The notes under the pieces were generated by a model, which worked only from the letters and a program-made list of their open reading frames with translations, ran no database searches and was not told the DNA's origin. From a virus, in the IMG/VR virus record IMGVR_UViG_3300010399_000002, positions 32,001-96,000 of that record: 64,000 nucleotides of DNA, one strand, 5' to 3'. Below are positions 8,463 through 17,603 of this stretch, piece after piece. Numbering within the stretch: position 1 is the stretch's first letter; every line of letters starts with the position of its first letter. The translations under genes and the position numbers were made by a program.

Positions 8463-11138
8463 TTAGTTTGCTGTTAGTCCGTATCTGTTCTTCGGATCAT
8501 ATCTCTTCATCACAGCGGCATCGACTTCTTCATTCTTTTTCAACCAGGACTGAACAAAGTCTTGGGGAGACTCACCTTTGTAATTGACCATAGAACCGAG
8601 CCTGAATCCGGCCTTGGCTTCGGCTGCTAATGGAACTGACAACTCAAAGCCAAACAACTTCTTGACCTGTCTCGGAACCTCATCTGCCATCAGCGACATA
8701 CACAACGGATGTACCTCGGGCAGGTCCGCGGCTGATACAAAGAAATACAACGCATCGTGTATCTCCATCGACAGTTCCTGCAAGAGACGATACGTAACTG
8801 GAAGCTTGTGTAACAACGCCATAGCCATCAACACTAACTGATGAGCTGAGCCCTGAACTGGAGAATTGATAGCTTGATTACCCCAGAACGTACCGCGATC
8901 TTCACCGCCCACCTCTCTACGGAAACCAAACATGGTCTCAACATAGCCGTGACGTTCTGCAAACTCTCGCTGAGACTCTTGGAAGTCTCGAACACCTTTG
9001 TACTTTACAAAATAGGCACGATGTAGTTCTTTTACACGCTGATCAGAAACATCCTTGACACCCTTAGCTCGCAGATAGTCTGGTAATCCGTCTTCTCCCA
9101 GACCGAAAATGATACCGAAGTGCATGTTCTTGATGAGACGGCGGATACCTTCATCGTGGCGGATCTTTTCAACTGGCCAACCCGTCAACGTATGTCCAAC
9201 CTGAGAATGAATATCTTGTCCGGACCGAAGTTGGCTGATCAACAACTTGTCTTGCGACATGTGGGCTAAGACTCGTACCTCAATTTGACTGTAGTCTGCC
9301 CCATACATGACCTTCAGTCTTTTGTAGGCATTGAAATTCTTAAACAGGTACGCCCACTTCGGATCTGATACAAGCAGGTTCTTCAACAGAGGATCGTTGT
9401 GCAAGTTCTGCATGTTCACGATCCCCAAATCGTCTCGCTCCGAACCTCCCGATCGCAGTCGCCCAGTAATAGCACCTGTCAGCCACCAAATGGTCCGCAA
9501 TCGACCTTCATACGTATCGGCGGATAACTTGTAGCCGTCGAGATACGTACTGTCCATTTTCGACATACGGCGCCACTCAGTCTCTTTAGCTGGAAACTTG
9601 TGGTGCTCTGCTAGCAACTCCAAAGTCTCTTTGGCTGTTGTCCTCGTTGGCTTCCTAAGGTACCTCCCTAATTTCAATTTATCGTACACGACCTTCGCTA
9701 CTTGTGGTGGAGAACCTGGATTGAAATCTGGATCTCCGGCAATCAACTTCAACTGAGACTCGAGCCTTTCCAATCTGGTTGGTATAACCTTCTTAACGCG
9801 CTTCCAGTATGAGTAGTCCAAAAATGGACCTTTTGACTCTGCGGCACTCAACACGTACGCACAATGGATATACACCTGAAGCAATGGAAGACTGATCTTC
9901 TTTTCTGTGGTCTTCTCTACCCGCTTACACAAATCGTTGTCTGCACAGTTGTAGGGCGTTAGTACATGGGGCGGAATGCGTCCAAAGTCGACATCCTTAT
10001 CATCTTTGCCTTTGGCATACGGAGCTACGATGTCTTTATAACCGGCGAACGCGGGAAACCTGACTTTGGCGATCTCGGCTAGACCAAATTTCCTGCGATG
10101 GGGATACCTCAAATACTCGGCATAGTTCGTATCGTACGTGTATCCTCGAGTCTTCAACCCGAGCATCTCTTTGTACTTCTGCGTATCTGACGACCCGTAA
10201 TGGAAGATCTTCTCCACCTTCGGATCTTCTAGAAACTTGCCAAAGTACTCGATACGCCGATCTCGTTCTTGATCTGAGATATGTATCTTGTCGTGGGCAA
10301 AGTAAACTGTACGGGCATAACCTGGTTGGTAGCAGAAGCCTGTACAAAGTACTTGATGCCTGCCGTGAGCTTTGCCGTCTTCTTCGTCGTTGGCAACTCG
10401 CTGGCCGCTAGCTGCTGCCTTTTCAAGGAACTCTTTCAACTCGATGGCTGAATCTAATGACCCGTAGTCTTGAGCTTCAACGAAACTATAGCGTCCGGGA
10501 TTGCCAGCGAACTCGGCTACAGCTCGGAGCCTCGTACGGAACTCATCTAGCCTGGACTTGGTAGCTCCACCTCGCAAGAAAAAGGCCGGATGGTCTGCAC
10601 ATACTACCTTGGCTTTTAAGCGTGCTGACCAAAAGATGGGATTGTCTTTGCGGTACTCCTTGCCAAGCAAAGCTCTGGCTGCAACCTGACCTAGAACTAG
10701 ATGGACTACTGCTTCGGATCTCTTGAGTGCCTGTTGCGTATGGTAAGCACAGTGCTTGATCTCGTCGTTGGTAGGTGGTCTGTCTTTAAGACGACCATCA
10801 TCGTCCGTAACTGTTGGCCAGCACCTAACAACGTTCTGGACATCACAATCCGGACGCTGAATGCCCGCCTTGCCCATCTCTTCCCAAAACCATTTTCCGG
10901 ACGGGCCTATCAACTCGATTTGATTCTTGTTCTCGATGTAACCTGGAGCTTGTGCCCAGACAAAGATCTTTCGTCCTTTGACCTTCTTGAGATTGATGAC
11001 TTTGAAAATTCCGGGCTGTTGGTCTAATGGACAACCTTTGCAACCAAGACCTTGAAAGACTTTGAACTCGGATTTTTTCTTGGACGATGCTATCTCGGTT
11101 GTGGAACCGTCATCGGATAGCAGATTGGAGAATTTCAT
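8463..11138 (-). CDS. polA: Family A DNA polymerase with N-terminal family-4 UDG-like domain and 3'-5' exonuclease
   Basis: CKGCPL..AQAPG..E..GPSG..NVVRC.P..HPA (UDG4-like); TGRLRS; NMQN; ADYSQIEVRVLAH; K..HFG..FG; N.PVQG; IHDAL. Confidence 0.95.
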   Translation of the reverse strand: MKFSNLLSDDGSTTEIASSKKKSEFKVFQGLGCKGCPLDQQPGIFKVINLKKVKGRKIFVWAQAPGYIENKNQIELIGPSGKWFWEEMGKAGIQRPDCDVQNVVRCWPTVTDDDGRLKDRPPTNDEIKHCAYHTQQALKRSEAVVHLVLGQVAARALLGKEYRKDNPIFWSARLKAKVVCADHPAFFLRGGATKSRLDEFRTRLRAVAEFAGNPGRYSFVEAQDYGSLDSAIELKEFLEKAAASGQRVANDEEDGKAHGRHQVLCTGFCYQPGYARTVYFAHDKIHISDQERDRRIEYFGKFLEDPKVEKIFHYGSSDTQKYKEMLGLKTRGYTYDTNYAEYLRYPHRRKFGLAEIAKVRFPAFAGYKDIVAPYAKGKDDKDVDFGRIPPHVLTPYNCADNDLCKRVEKTTEKKISLPLLQVYIHCAYVLSAAESKGPFLDYSYWKRVKKVIPTRLERLESQLKLIAGDPDFNPGSPPQVAKVVYDKLKLGRYLRKPTRTTAKETLELLAEHHKFPAKETEWRRMSKMDSTYLDGYKLSADTYEGRLRTIWWLTGAITGRLRSGGSERDDLGIVNMQNLHNDPLLKNLLVSDPKWAYLFKNFNAYKRLKVMYGADYSQIEVRVLAHMSQDKLLISQLRSGQDIHSQVGHTLTGWPVEKIRHDEGIRRLIKNMHFGIIFGLGEDGLPDYLRAKGVKDVSDQRVKELHRAYFVKYKGVRDFQESQREFAERHGYVETMFGFRREVGGEDRGTFWGNQAINSPVQGSAHQLVLMAMALLHKLPVTYRLLQELSMEIHDALYFFVSAADLPEVHPLCMSLMADEVPRQVKKLFGFELSVPLAAEAKAGFRLGSMVNYKGESPQDFVQSWLKKNEEVDAAVMKRYDPKNRYGLTAN

Positions 11139-11161
11139 TGCCTAATGGCACCTCGAATGGT

Positions 11162-11246
11162 ACTCGTAGGAGCTGTCAGGCACTGTTTTTGGGTGCTAGG
11201 TGGTAGTTGGGGATGGTTTGGCATACTCAGGACGTTGTAGAGGCTG
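11162..11246. repeat. Dispersed conserved element, copy 2 of 6
   Basis: actcgtaggagCTGTCAGGCACT-N15-GTGGTAGTTGGggatGGTTT..cgttgtagaggctg; intergenic between clamp and polymerase. Confidence 0.92.
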
Positions 11247-12362
11247 CTACTTCAATTTCTTGGCCATGATTAATTCTGCGTCTCCGGCCTGCAAATGGAA
11301 CGCGCCTGTATCTTTGTAACGAACATCGATCTGCAACTTCTGCGTGGCTGCATATTGGACAAACGGTAAAACAAAATGCAACATCCACTCCCAATCGATG
11401 GGAGCTTTCAAAACAGACGCACTGACCCTTTCATTGAAACTACCTGCTGGTACGGCAGCCTCGATGGATAGAACTGAAGATTTGCCTTTTAAAGACTGCA
11501 CACGCAGCATTACATCTTGTCTCATGGTAGCTGCAACATAAGCAGCCAACCTTTCACTCACTCCGGCCAACGACGAACCGGATATAGACAAGATCTTCGG
11601 CATCTTACGAGCTTCAACCAGACGCTTCTGAATCTGCGTAGCTGGAAAGTTCTTAGCAGCCTGAACTGGAACGGTTTGTGCAATCTGACCGAAGCCGAAA
11701 CTAGCTACTACCACCTTACCGGTGAACAGTATCTCTTGCAACTGGTCGGCCTCTAGTGCCGACAGCATCCCTAACGGAAACGGGATGGTAACTGGAAATT
11801 TGCCCGGAGCTGAAAACACCGTTACTTGATTGCTGGTAAGAACGCAGGTCTTCGATACCAAAAAGATGCAATTCAAATGTGCTGCTGTTGGGTCGGCGGT
11901 AGCATACTGACTGGCTAATCGCATCAACTGACCTTGCTTCGACGTGATAGCCAACTTCGCTGCGTTCTTGATGGACGGCAAATCACCATAACCTGTAACC
12001 GGTTGACAGCCTTGACAATGTAGCGTACGCCGACCGGACTTGATTGTCAGTTTCCCGAACTGTTTATCGGCATCGAACTTAAACGTGATGGTTGACTCTG
12101 ACTTGTAGAAGTCTTTCATAACCAACACAAACGGACTGAGCATACCGCGGTCTACGAAGAACTCCCACTTACCTTTGTCGCCCGGACATGGTACTTGAAC
12201 TCGCCCGAGAGACTCGGCTGCCAACGACAGATACAACATGTTGCTAGCGCACTCCAAACGAATCATCTCCGATGGTAGAACACCGGACCTAGCTGGAACC
12301 AAACCTAGCACCTCGAGTGCTGATGCTAGTTCTTTGGACTTGACTGCGTTTACAAGCGCCAT
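11247..12362 (-). CDS. dnaN: DNA polymerase III beta-like sliding clamp
   Basis: 371 aa; L..AL..L..VPARS.VLP; HLNCIF; NFP; C-terminal LIM; co-occurs with DnaX. Confidence 0.75.
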   Translation of the reverse strand: MALVNAVKSKELASALEVLGLVPARSGVLPSEMIRLECASNMLYLSLAAESLGRVQVPCPGDKGKWEFFVDRGMLSPFVLVMKDFYKSESTITFKFDADKQFGKLTIKSGRRTLHCQGCQPVTGYGDLPSIKNAAKLAITSKQGQLMRLASQYATADPTAAHLNCIFLVSKTCVLTSNQVTVFSAPGKFPVTIPFPLGMLSALEADQLQEILFTGKVVVASFGFGQIAQTVPVQAAKNFPATQIQKRLVEARKMPKILSISGSSLAGVSERLAAYVAATMRQDVMLRVQSLKGKSSVLSIEAAVPAGSFNERVSASVLKAPIDWEWMLHFVLPFVQYAATQKLQIDVRYKDTGAFHLQAGDAELIMAKKLK

Positions 12363-12377
12363 TACTTCACCTCTCTC

Positions 12378-12746
12378 CTATCCACGTACAGTGGCTCCAC
12401 ATTCTCCATCTTCTGAGACAGTTACAAAGACAACGCTCTCGGTTACATTGCGTTCTACGTAGTTGAATATGATCTTGGCCATCGACTCGCAAGAATGTGA
12501 CAACACCCCGTTCTTTGGCCAACCAAACACACGATCGCAGTACGCCTTAATCCTGCGCTTCAGTATCTGGAACTCTACCTCTCGATCGTCAGCAAACACA
12601 CGTACTTCAACATGCACATGAAACATATGACGGTGTGGATGTTGTAGGTACTTGACCTCCGCTGACTGGTCTTTTTTGAGCTTGGTTACACCTTCCCACT
12701 GGTGTACGCCTTCAAACTCGCACGTAGCCCAAACTGTTGTTATCAT
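12378..12746 (-). CDS. Divergent QueD/PTPS-like T-fold protein
   Basis: F...H.W..YLQHPHRHMFHV..DREVEF..SCE.MA..V.VSEDGECG; two genes from folE. Confidence 0.7.
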   Translation of the reverse strand: MITTVWATCEFEGVHQWEGVTKLKKDQSAEVKYLQHPHRHMFHVHVEVRVFADDREVEFQILKRRIKAYCDRVFGWPKNGVLSHSCESMAKIIFNYVERNVTESVVFVTVSEDGECGATVRG

Positions 12747-12759
12747 TTAATCCCCCTTT

Positions 12760-13110
12760 TTAGTACTTCTTGCCTCCCTCAGCTAGTCTGGCCTCTGTTG
12801 TATGATCTTTACGAACAGCATTGAAAGCCATCTTGCGCTCGTAGATCTCTTGAAGATTGATCTCATACGCCCCGGCTACATCAAAAATACGAATGAGAGT
12901 ATCTACAAGCTCTACGTCGAACATCTTATACTCCGGCAACTTGTCATCCTGCAAATCCTTACGATGACCTTCCATAGCCTCTGCTAACTCGGAGACCATT
13001 AACATCAACATCTCTCCGACATTACGCTGCAAAGGCTCTCCGGTAGCTGGATTACGCCACCACTTTTCATTTGCCTCGTGTACTTCTTCTGCGTACCCAT
13101 TCAAATTCAC
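12760..13110 (-). CDS. MazG-like all-alpha NTP pyrophosphohydrolase
   Basis: LMVSELAEAMEG.RK..ELVDTLIRIFD..KM.FN..R. Confidence 0.85.
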   Translation of the reverse strand: MNLNGYAEEVHEANEKWWRNPATGEPLQRNVGEMLMLMVSELAEAMEGHRKDLQDDKLPEYKMFDVELVDTLIRIFDVAGAYEINLQEIYERKMAFNAVRKDHTTEARLAEGGKKY

Positions 13111-13739
13111 TTTCCACCTCCTACGTAACCTAGAAACTCAGCTTTCACATCTGGCTTCTTGAAGCAACCTCGCAACGCGGTCGTGATGGTTGTAGCCTGC
13201 GCCTTCTTAACCCCACGTACGCTCATACAAGTATGAAGTGCTGAAATACACGCGCCGCAACCTTTTGGCTGCACCACCTTTTGAAACACGTCAACGATCT
13301 GACTGGTTAAAAGTTCTTGCAACTGTGGACGCTTACTCAACACATCTATTAAGCGACCTATCTTGGACAGGCCTACGAGCTTTTTTCCTGGAAGATAGGC
13401 GAAGTGAACGTGTCCTATGAACGGCAACAGATGATGGGCGCACCACGAAACGAACTCAACGTCTTTAACTATGACCATCTGATCGTACTGATGATTGGGG
13501 AAGCCTGTCACCTTTGTTATAGAACTCGATAGAACTGAGGCTGGATCTGCTCCCAACCCCATAAGCAACTCGTCTTCGTACATGCGCACAACACGATTGG
13601 GCGTATCGGCGACATGGGGTTCTAATTCTTGTGGTGCATCTGCGAGCATTAATCGTAGACCGCGACCTACCACCAAAGACCAATGCGTCCCGTGAGTCTC
13701 AATAACACTACTTGACTGCACTTTTTCTTGTCTTGGCAT
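13107..13739 (-). CDS. folE: GTP cyclohydrolase I
   Basis: DTPNRV; SWCAHHLLPF.G; GLSKIGR; RPQLQE; HTCMSVRGV. Confidence 0.95.
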   Translation of the reverse strand: MPRQEKVQSSSVIETHGTHWSLVVGRGLRLMLADAPQELEPHVADTPNRVVRMYEDELLMGLGADPASVLSSSITKVTGFPNHQYDQMVIVKDVEFVSWCAHHLLPFIGHVHFAYLPGKKLVGLSKIGRLIDVLSKRPQLQELLTSQIVDVFQKVVQPKGCGACISALHTCMSVRGVKKAQATTITTALRGCFKKPDVKAEFLGYVGGGK

Positions 13740-14457
13740 TGCGTTTTACCGTTCTCCTCAGCATCTTAACCACACTACCTGGATACTTACCTACATCACG
13801 ATTTGAAACTCGAACAACCGCGTAACCTGCTGACTCCCACAACAACGTAGCCTTCACCTTATGAGCTGCGCCACAACTCTGATCGCACTCCAAAATAACA
13901 TTGTACTCCGGTAAGTAAAAATCTGCAATCAATCCTTCTAGCAGAACCTGCGAACTATATCTTATATGTAATACGTAACGCAGAATCTTACGCATCACAA
14001 ACTCAGTTGGTGTAGGCTGGTGGCGGCGAACCTTGGCGTTAGCTAACAAACGCCTTCGACGTATAACTGGATCTTGCCAAGACCTGCGACGACCTCGGGT
14101 CTGCTTGGTACGATAACCCGGATCTTTCCAACGTTCTTGATTAGCTGAACGTGTGTTATCTGCATACTTGACTCGACGATCTGGATTGTTTGCCCAGAAA
14201 CGTTTGGAATTTTCAGACTGCATGGAACGATGCTTACGTGAATGGAACTTCCTAAACCACCTTTTCTTAAATCTTGGATCGCTTCTAACCTTGTGCATAC
14301 TCTTTGCGTGCTTAGCACAGTACGCGGGATCTTGCCAACGAGCCTGCATACTAGCTGACCGCTTAGAAGTAACCGAACGTAAACTTTTAAGGAGCTTGGA
14401 TCTAGACTTCGGATTGGACCAACGAGCCTTCATGGCCTTAGACCTATCGTAACTCAT
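13708..14457 (-). CDS. Basic helical-repeat + Vsr/DUF559-like endonuclease (HEG-like A)
   Basis: W.DP.YR repeats, then PTPTE..IRYSSQ..GLIADFYLPEYNVILECD..GYAVVR; ATG 14457 overlaps the upstream stop. Confidence 0.75.
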   Translation of the reverse strand: MSYDRSKAMKARWSNPKSRSKLLKSLRSVTSKRSASMQARWQDPAYCAKHAKSMHKVRSDPRFKKRWFRKFHSRKHRSMQSENSKRFWANNPDRRVKYADNTRSANQERWKDPGYRTKQTRGRRRSWQDPVIRRRRLLANAKVRRHQPTPTEFVMRKILRYVLHIRYSSQVLLEGLIADFYLPEYNVILECDQSCGAAHKVKATLLWESAGYAVVRVSNRDVGKYPGSVVKMLRRTVKRNAKTRKSAVK

Positions 14458-15545
14458 ATCAGTCTCTCTAATGGTGCCCAACGGCAAGGCTGTCCAGACT
14501 CAGATATGCGCTTGAACGTAATTGCATTGTATATTGCTCGTGCTGGAATACTTCTGCGCAGCTCTTCAAAATCGAATCCATCCTTCTCCACCAGATCTCG
14601 CAAGAACTTGTACGTATCCTTGTTAAGCCCGTCCACTGTACCGTAGCCGCTACTCTTAGCCTCAGTGGTAGAAATATGAACAAGTGATATCCTTCTACGT
14701 GATGGTGCAGTAGTCACAATCTTACCGTAGGCCGCCGCCTTAATCCACGTCGTTGAATCGACACTCCAAAAAGGATAGTCAAAAGCAATTGGGCCAGTCA
14801 CGGCAAACCCGTGTAGTTTGATATTATACCGGTTTGCGCAAGTGAAGACCTGATCGTAATAGAACCTCACATCCTTGCGACTGTTCTTACCGATCTGATT
14901 CAAACCCAAACCCATGATCTTGTGACCTGCATCGGCGTACTTCTCGAACCAAGTAAGCGAATGATCACCATGGTACACAGGCACAGGACGGATACCCATA
15001 TCTTGCAGTTCTGCAGTAGCCTTCCAGATGGTAGGACAATGGCGGCGCCAATCAAACGTTACGTAGAAATCAAACAGACCTCGCGTGGCTCGCACATAGT
15101 CGGCATACAGCGACATGAACTGTTTGGCTTGTTCTTCGACACTACCCAAACGATCAACTTGAGACTTGCCACGAACTACCCCTTTACGATAGATGAGCGT
15201 ATGAAACGAGTGTGCTCCTGAATCGAGAAAAATCCGGTGCCCGTTGCTTAGACAGAAATTCAACGCATGGTAGTGTCTGCGATCGAAGAACGGAGCTGTA
15301 GCTGAACAGTAAGCGAAACTGATACAGCGGTACTTGTAACCCGTAGCTGCAAAAAACTTCTCTTCAGTCTGACCTTTTCCCGACAGCGTCCCGGACAGGT
15401 AGAAAATAGGCTTGGGATCTTTGACCGAAGTACCTGTCCAATCTGATCCTCCGACCCACTTAGGCTGAGTCTTGGGACCCTCCGGGAACGGAAAATTCGA
15501 TACGGACGCTTTTCGCCGTTTCGATAAACCTCCACTTTTTGCCAT
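14454..15545 (-). CDS. TGT-fold (DpdA-like) DNA base-exchange transglycosylase candidate
   Basis: IFLDSGAHS; YVTFD; PVPVYH; KLHGFAV; SVDSTTW; clustered with folE and the queD-like gene. Confidence 0.72.
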   Translation of the reverse strand: MAKSGGLSKRRKASVSNFPFPEGPKTQPKWVGGSDWTGTSVKDPKPIFYLSGTLSGKGQTEEKFFAATGYKYRCISFAYCSATAPFFDRRHYHALNFCLSNGHRIFLDSGAHSFHTLIYRKGVVRGKSQVDRLGSVEEQAKQFMSLYADYVRATRGLFDFYVTFDWRRHCPTIWKATAELQDMGIRPVPVYHGDHSLTWFEKYADAGHKIMGLGLNQIGKNSRKDVRFYYDQVFTCANRYNIKLHGFAVTGPIAFDYPFWSVDSTTWIKAAAYGKIVTTAPSRRRISLVHISTTEAKSSGYGTVDGLNKDTYKFLRDLVEKDGFDFEELRRSIPARAIYNAITFKRISESGQPCRWAPLERLI

Positions 15546-15948
15546 ATATCTCTTCTCTCCTGAAGCATCCGTAAATTCGATCTGCGTTCCCTTTCTTGCG
15601 CTTCACGAACTTCTCGAGCTCGACCTTGGTGATACCACCAACCTGCATACACAACTGAAAGCACCTGTAGATGATACTGCCCTTGCGAGTGAAAGGTATA
15701 GCTGGTTCTCCATTAACGGGTAAGATACCTTTGACGAATTGCACACAGATGGATCGATCTGGACAGAAACGACTGCACTCTTCTGCACTAGCATCATACT
15801 CCTTGGCAAAACAACATCTCTTATCTGCCTGCATTCGATTGTAGCAAACAAGGCAGACCAGCGTATCGACAAAGTACTTAGAAGACAAGATGTCCTCAAC
15901 GGAGTACTTCTTATCACAGATGAGACACTGGATTATTTTGCGACTCAT
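15460..15948 (-). CDS. Cys-rich zinc-binding / putative DNA-binding protein
   Basis: CLIC..CLVC..CCF..CSRFC..C; basic C-terminal region; start MSRKII. Confidence 0.55.
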   Translation of the reverse strand: MSRKIIQCLICDKKYSVEDILSSKYFVDTLVCLVCYNRMQADKRCCFAKEYDASAEECSRFCPDRSICVQFVKGILPVNGEPAIPFTRKGSIIYRCFQLCMQVGGITKVELEKFVKRKKGNADRIYGCFRREEIYGKKWRFIETAKSVRIEFSVPGGSQDSA

Positions 15949-16117
15949 ATCTCGTATCCATCTTTGTGTCTTTGTTCCAACCATCGTGCAACCGCACAAC
16001 AAACCTCATAGTAGGTGCCATCGTACTCAAACTCCGCCATCGGATATCCTTCATCTTGGTCGTCGTGGCAACTAATACAACAAGGCGGATGCCCTTCGAG
16101 ATCGCTACAACGAACCG

Positions 16118-16681
16118 TCACGCTCGCATCCCCAAAACTGTACGCATGTCGTCTGCGGTAACCTGATGTTGCTTGGCTAGCCTTCGGAACTCTCTCCGAA
16201 CGCGCTTGAACTTCCGGCCATGGGTAACCAACCGCCGTTCTCCGGTCAATACATTGGACAAGAACGATTGTAACTCGATTGAAGCCTCTACGTACAGATT
16301 CTGAACCAGTTCTTTTGAACAGTTGTACTCGAGCATGCGATGCTGACTGGGTAACGAGATCGTGTCTATATCTACTGTTGCACCTGGTGGTAGACGCTTT
16401 GATCTGTACATGGTCTCAAGATACGTTACAAAACAGTTGTCTACAACGGTCTGAACGAAGGTAGTGAACTTACCTCGACCGGGTTCCCATGTAGCTCGAC
16501 CGTTATTGGGATTCAAGGCACCCCACGCCCACATGAGTCCCATTTGACTCAAGTCTTCAACGTCGATCCACGACCGAAACTGTATGGGCAACTTTCGATA
16601 GAACGAAATGGCTCGCCCAAAAACCAACCTCTCATACTGTTCCACTTGTACCTCTGGTACGACTCGTTTTTTACGTGGCAT
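16118..16681 (-). CDS. Sigma-70-family factor-like protein (region 2 recognisable)
   Basis: IDVEDLSQMGLMWAW.AL..WEPGRGKFTTFV. Confidence 0.72.
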   Translation of the reverse strand: MPRKKRVVPEVQVEQYERLVFGRAISFYRKLPIQFRSWIDVEDLSQMGLMWAWGALNPNNGRATWEPGRGKFTTFVQTVVDNCFVTYLETMYRSKRLPPGATVDIDTISLPSQHRMLEYNCSKELVQNLYVEASIELQSFLSNVLTGERRLVTHGRKFKRVRREFRRLAKQHQVTADDMRTVLGMRA

Positions 16682-16693
16682 CCCATTCTCACT

Positions 16694-16945
16694 TTATTCT
16701 TCTAAAAAATAACCCGTACCTGGTTCTACTGCTATACAAAGCTTTCGTTTGCCGTGTACTACCTTATCTTGCTCCGCCTTAGCTGCAAGAATCTTAGCCT
16801 CTACTCGTTCCGGATGGTTCTCTACTTCTTCTGCTGGAAAAATTAGAATAGTGTACCCGGCACGATGTAAACGCTTACGCTCACTTACCGTCATAACACA
16901 ACCTTTCGCATCTGCAACAAACGCAGCTTCGCCTTGGACTTCCAT
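16694..16945 (-). pseudogene. Orphan C-terminal half of a DUF559-like domain (remnant or small gene)
   Basis: MEVQGE..KRLHRAGYTILIFPAEEVENHPERV; in-frame TAA a few codons upstream. Confidence 0.45.
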
Positions 16946-17598
16946 TGGCCTATACGAATTATCTTAACCGCAATATCTGGATGGTTAGAAACGTCGCGAT
17001 TTGAAATACGAATAACCGTGTAACCGGCCAACTCCCAAATCTTGGTATATTTACGCTTACTATCACTAAGATACTGGTCAACTTCTAGTATTGCATTGTA
17101 CTCTGGCAAATAGAAGTCTACGATCAATCCAACCAACAAAACTTGAAACCTGTACTTGATATTTAACCTTCGGAGAATGCGCTTGGTCTTTAACTCACTG
17201 GCAGTCGGACGGTGTCTATTTACCTTAGACTTTGCTAACATCTGACGATAGCGGCTCTTTGGATCTCGCCAAGACTGCTCTGAGGCTTTTGCTATCTTGC
17301 TACGTCGAATTGGAGACCTCAGTGCCTTAAGTAATCTTGCACTTACTGCAGGATCATTCCAAAGAGCTTTCAGACTTTTTCGCCTCTTTCTTTGCACTGC
17401 AGGACTCTGACCCGCCTGAAGCAGCCTGGCACGAGTCTGCGAATCAACCCACGACTGTCTGTGACTCTCCACCTGCCTATCCCTATAACTTGGATCTTGC
17501 CAAAGTTTACGAACGCTCTCTGACAACGTACTAGCCCTTTGTTTAGCTCGATACTCTGGATCTGCCCAACGCCTCTTTGCCGCATCAGATTTGTTCAT
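16891..17598 (-). CDS. Basic helical-repeat + Vsr/DUF559-like endonuclease (HEG-like B)
   Basis: RRWADPEYR, LWQDPSYR, LWNDP, SWRDP repeats; PTASE..IKYRFQ..GLIVDFYLPEYNAILEVD..GYTVIR. Confidence 0.78.
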   Translation of the reverse strand: MNKSDAAKRRWADPEYRAKQRASTLSESVRKLWQDPSYRDRQVESHRQSWVDSQTRARLLQAGQSPAVQRKRRKSLKALWNDPAVSARLLKALRSPIRRSKIAKASEQSWRDPKSRYRQMLAKSKVNRHRPTASELKTKRILRRLNIKYRFQVLLVGLIVDFYLPEYNAILEVDQYLSDSKRKYTKIWELAGYTVIRISNRDVSNHPDIAVKIIRIGQWKSKAKLRLLQMRKVVL

Positions 17599-17603
17599 AG
17601 TCT

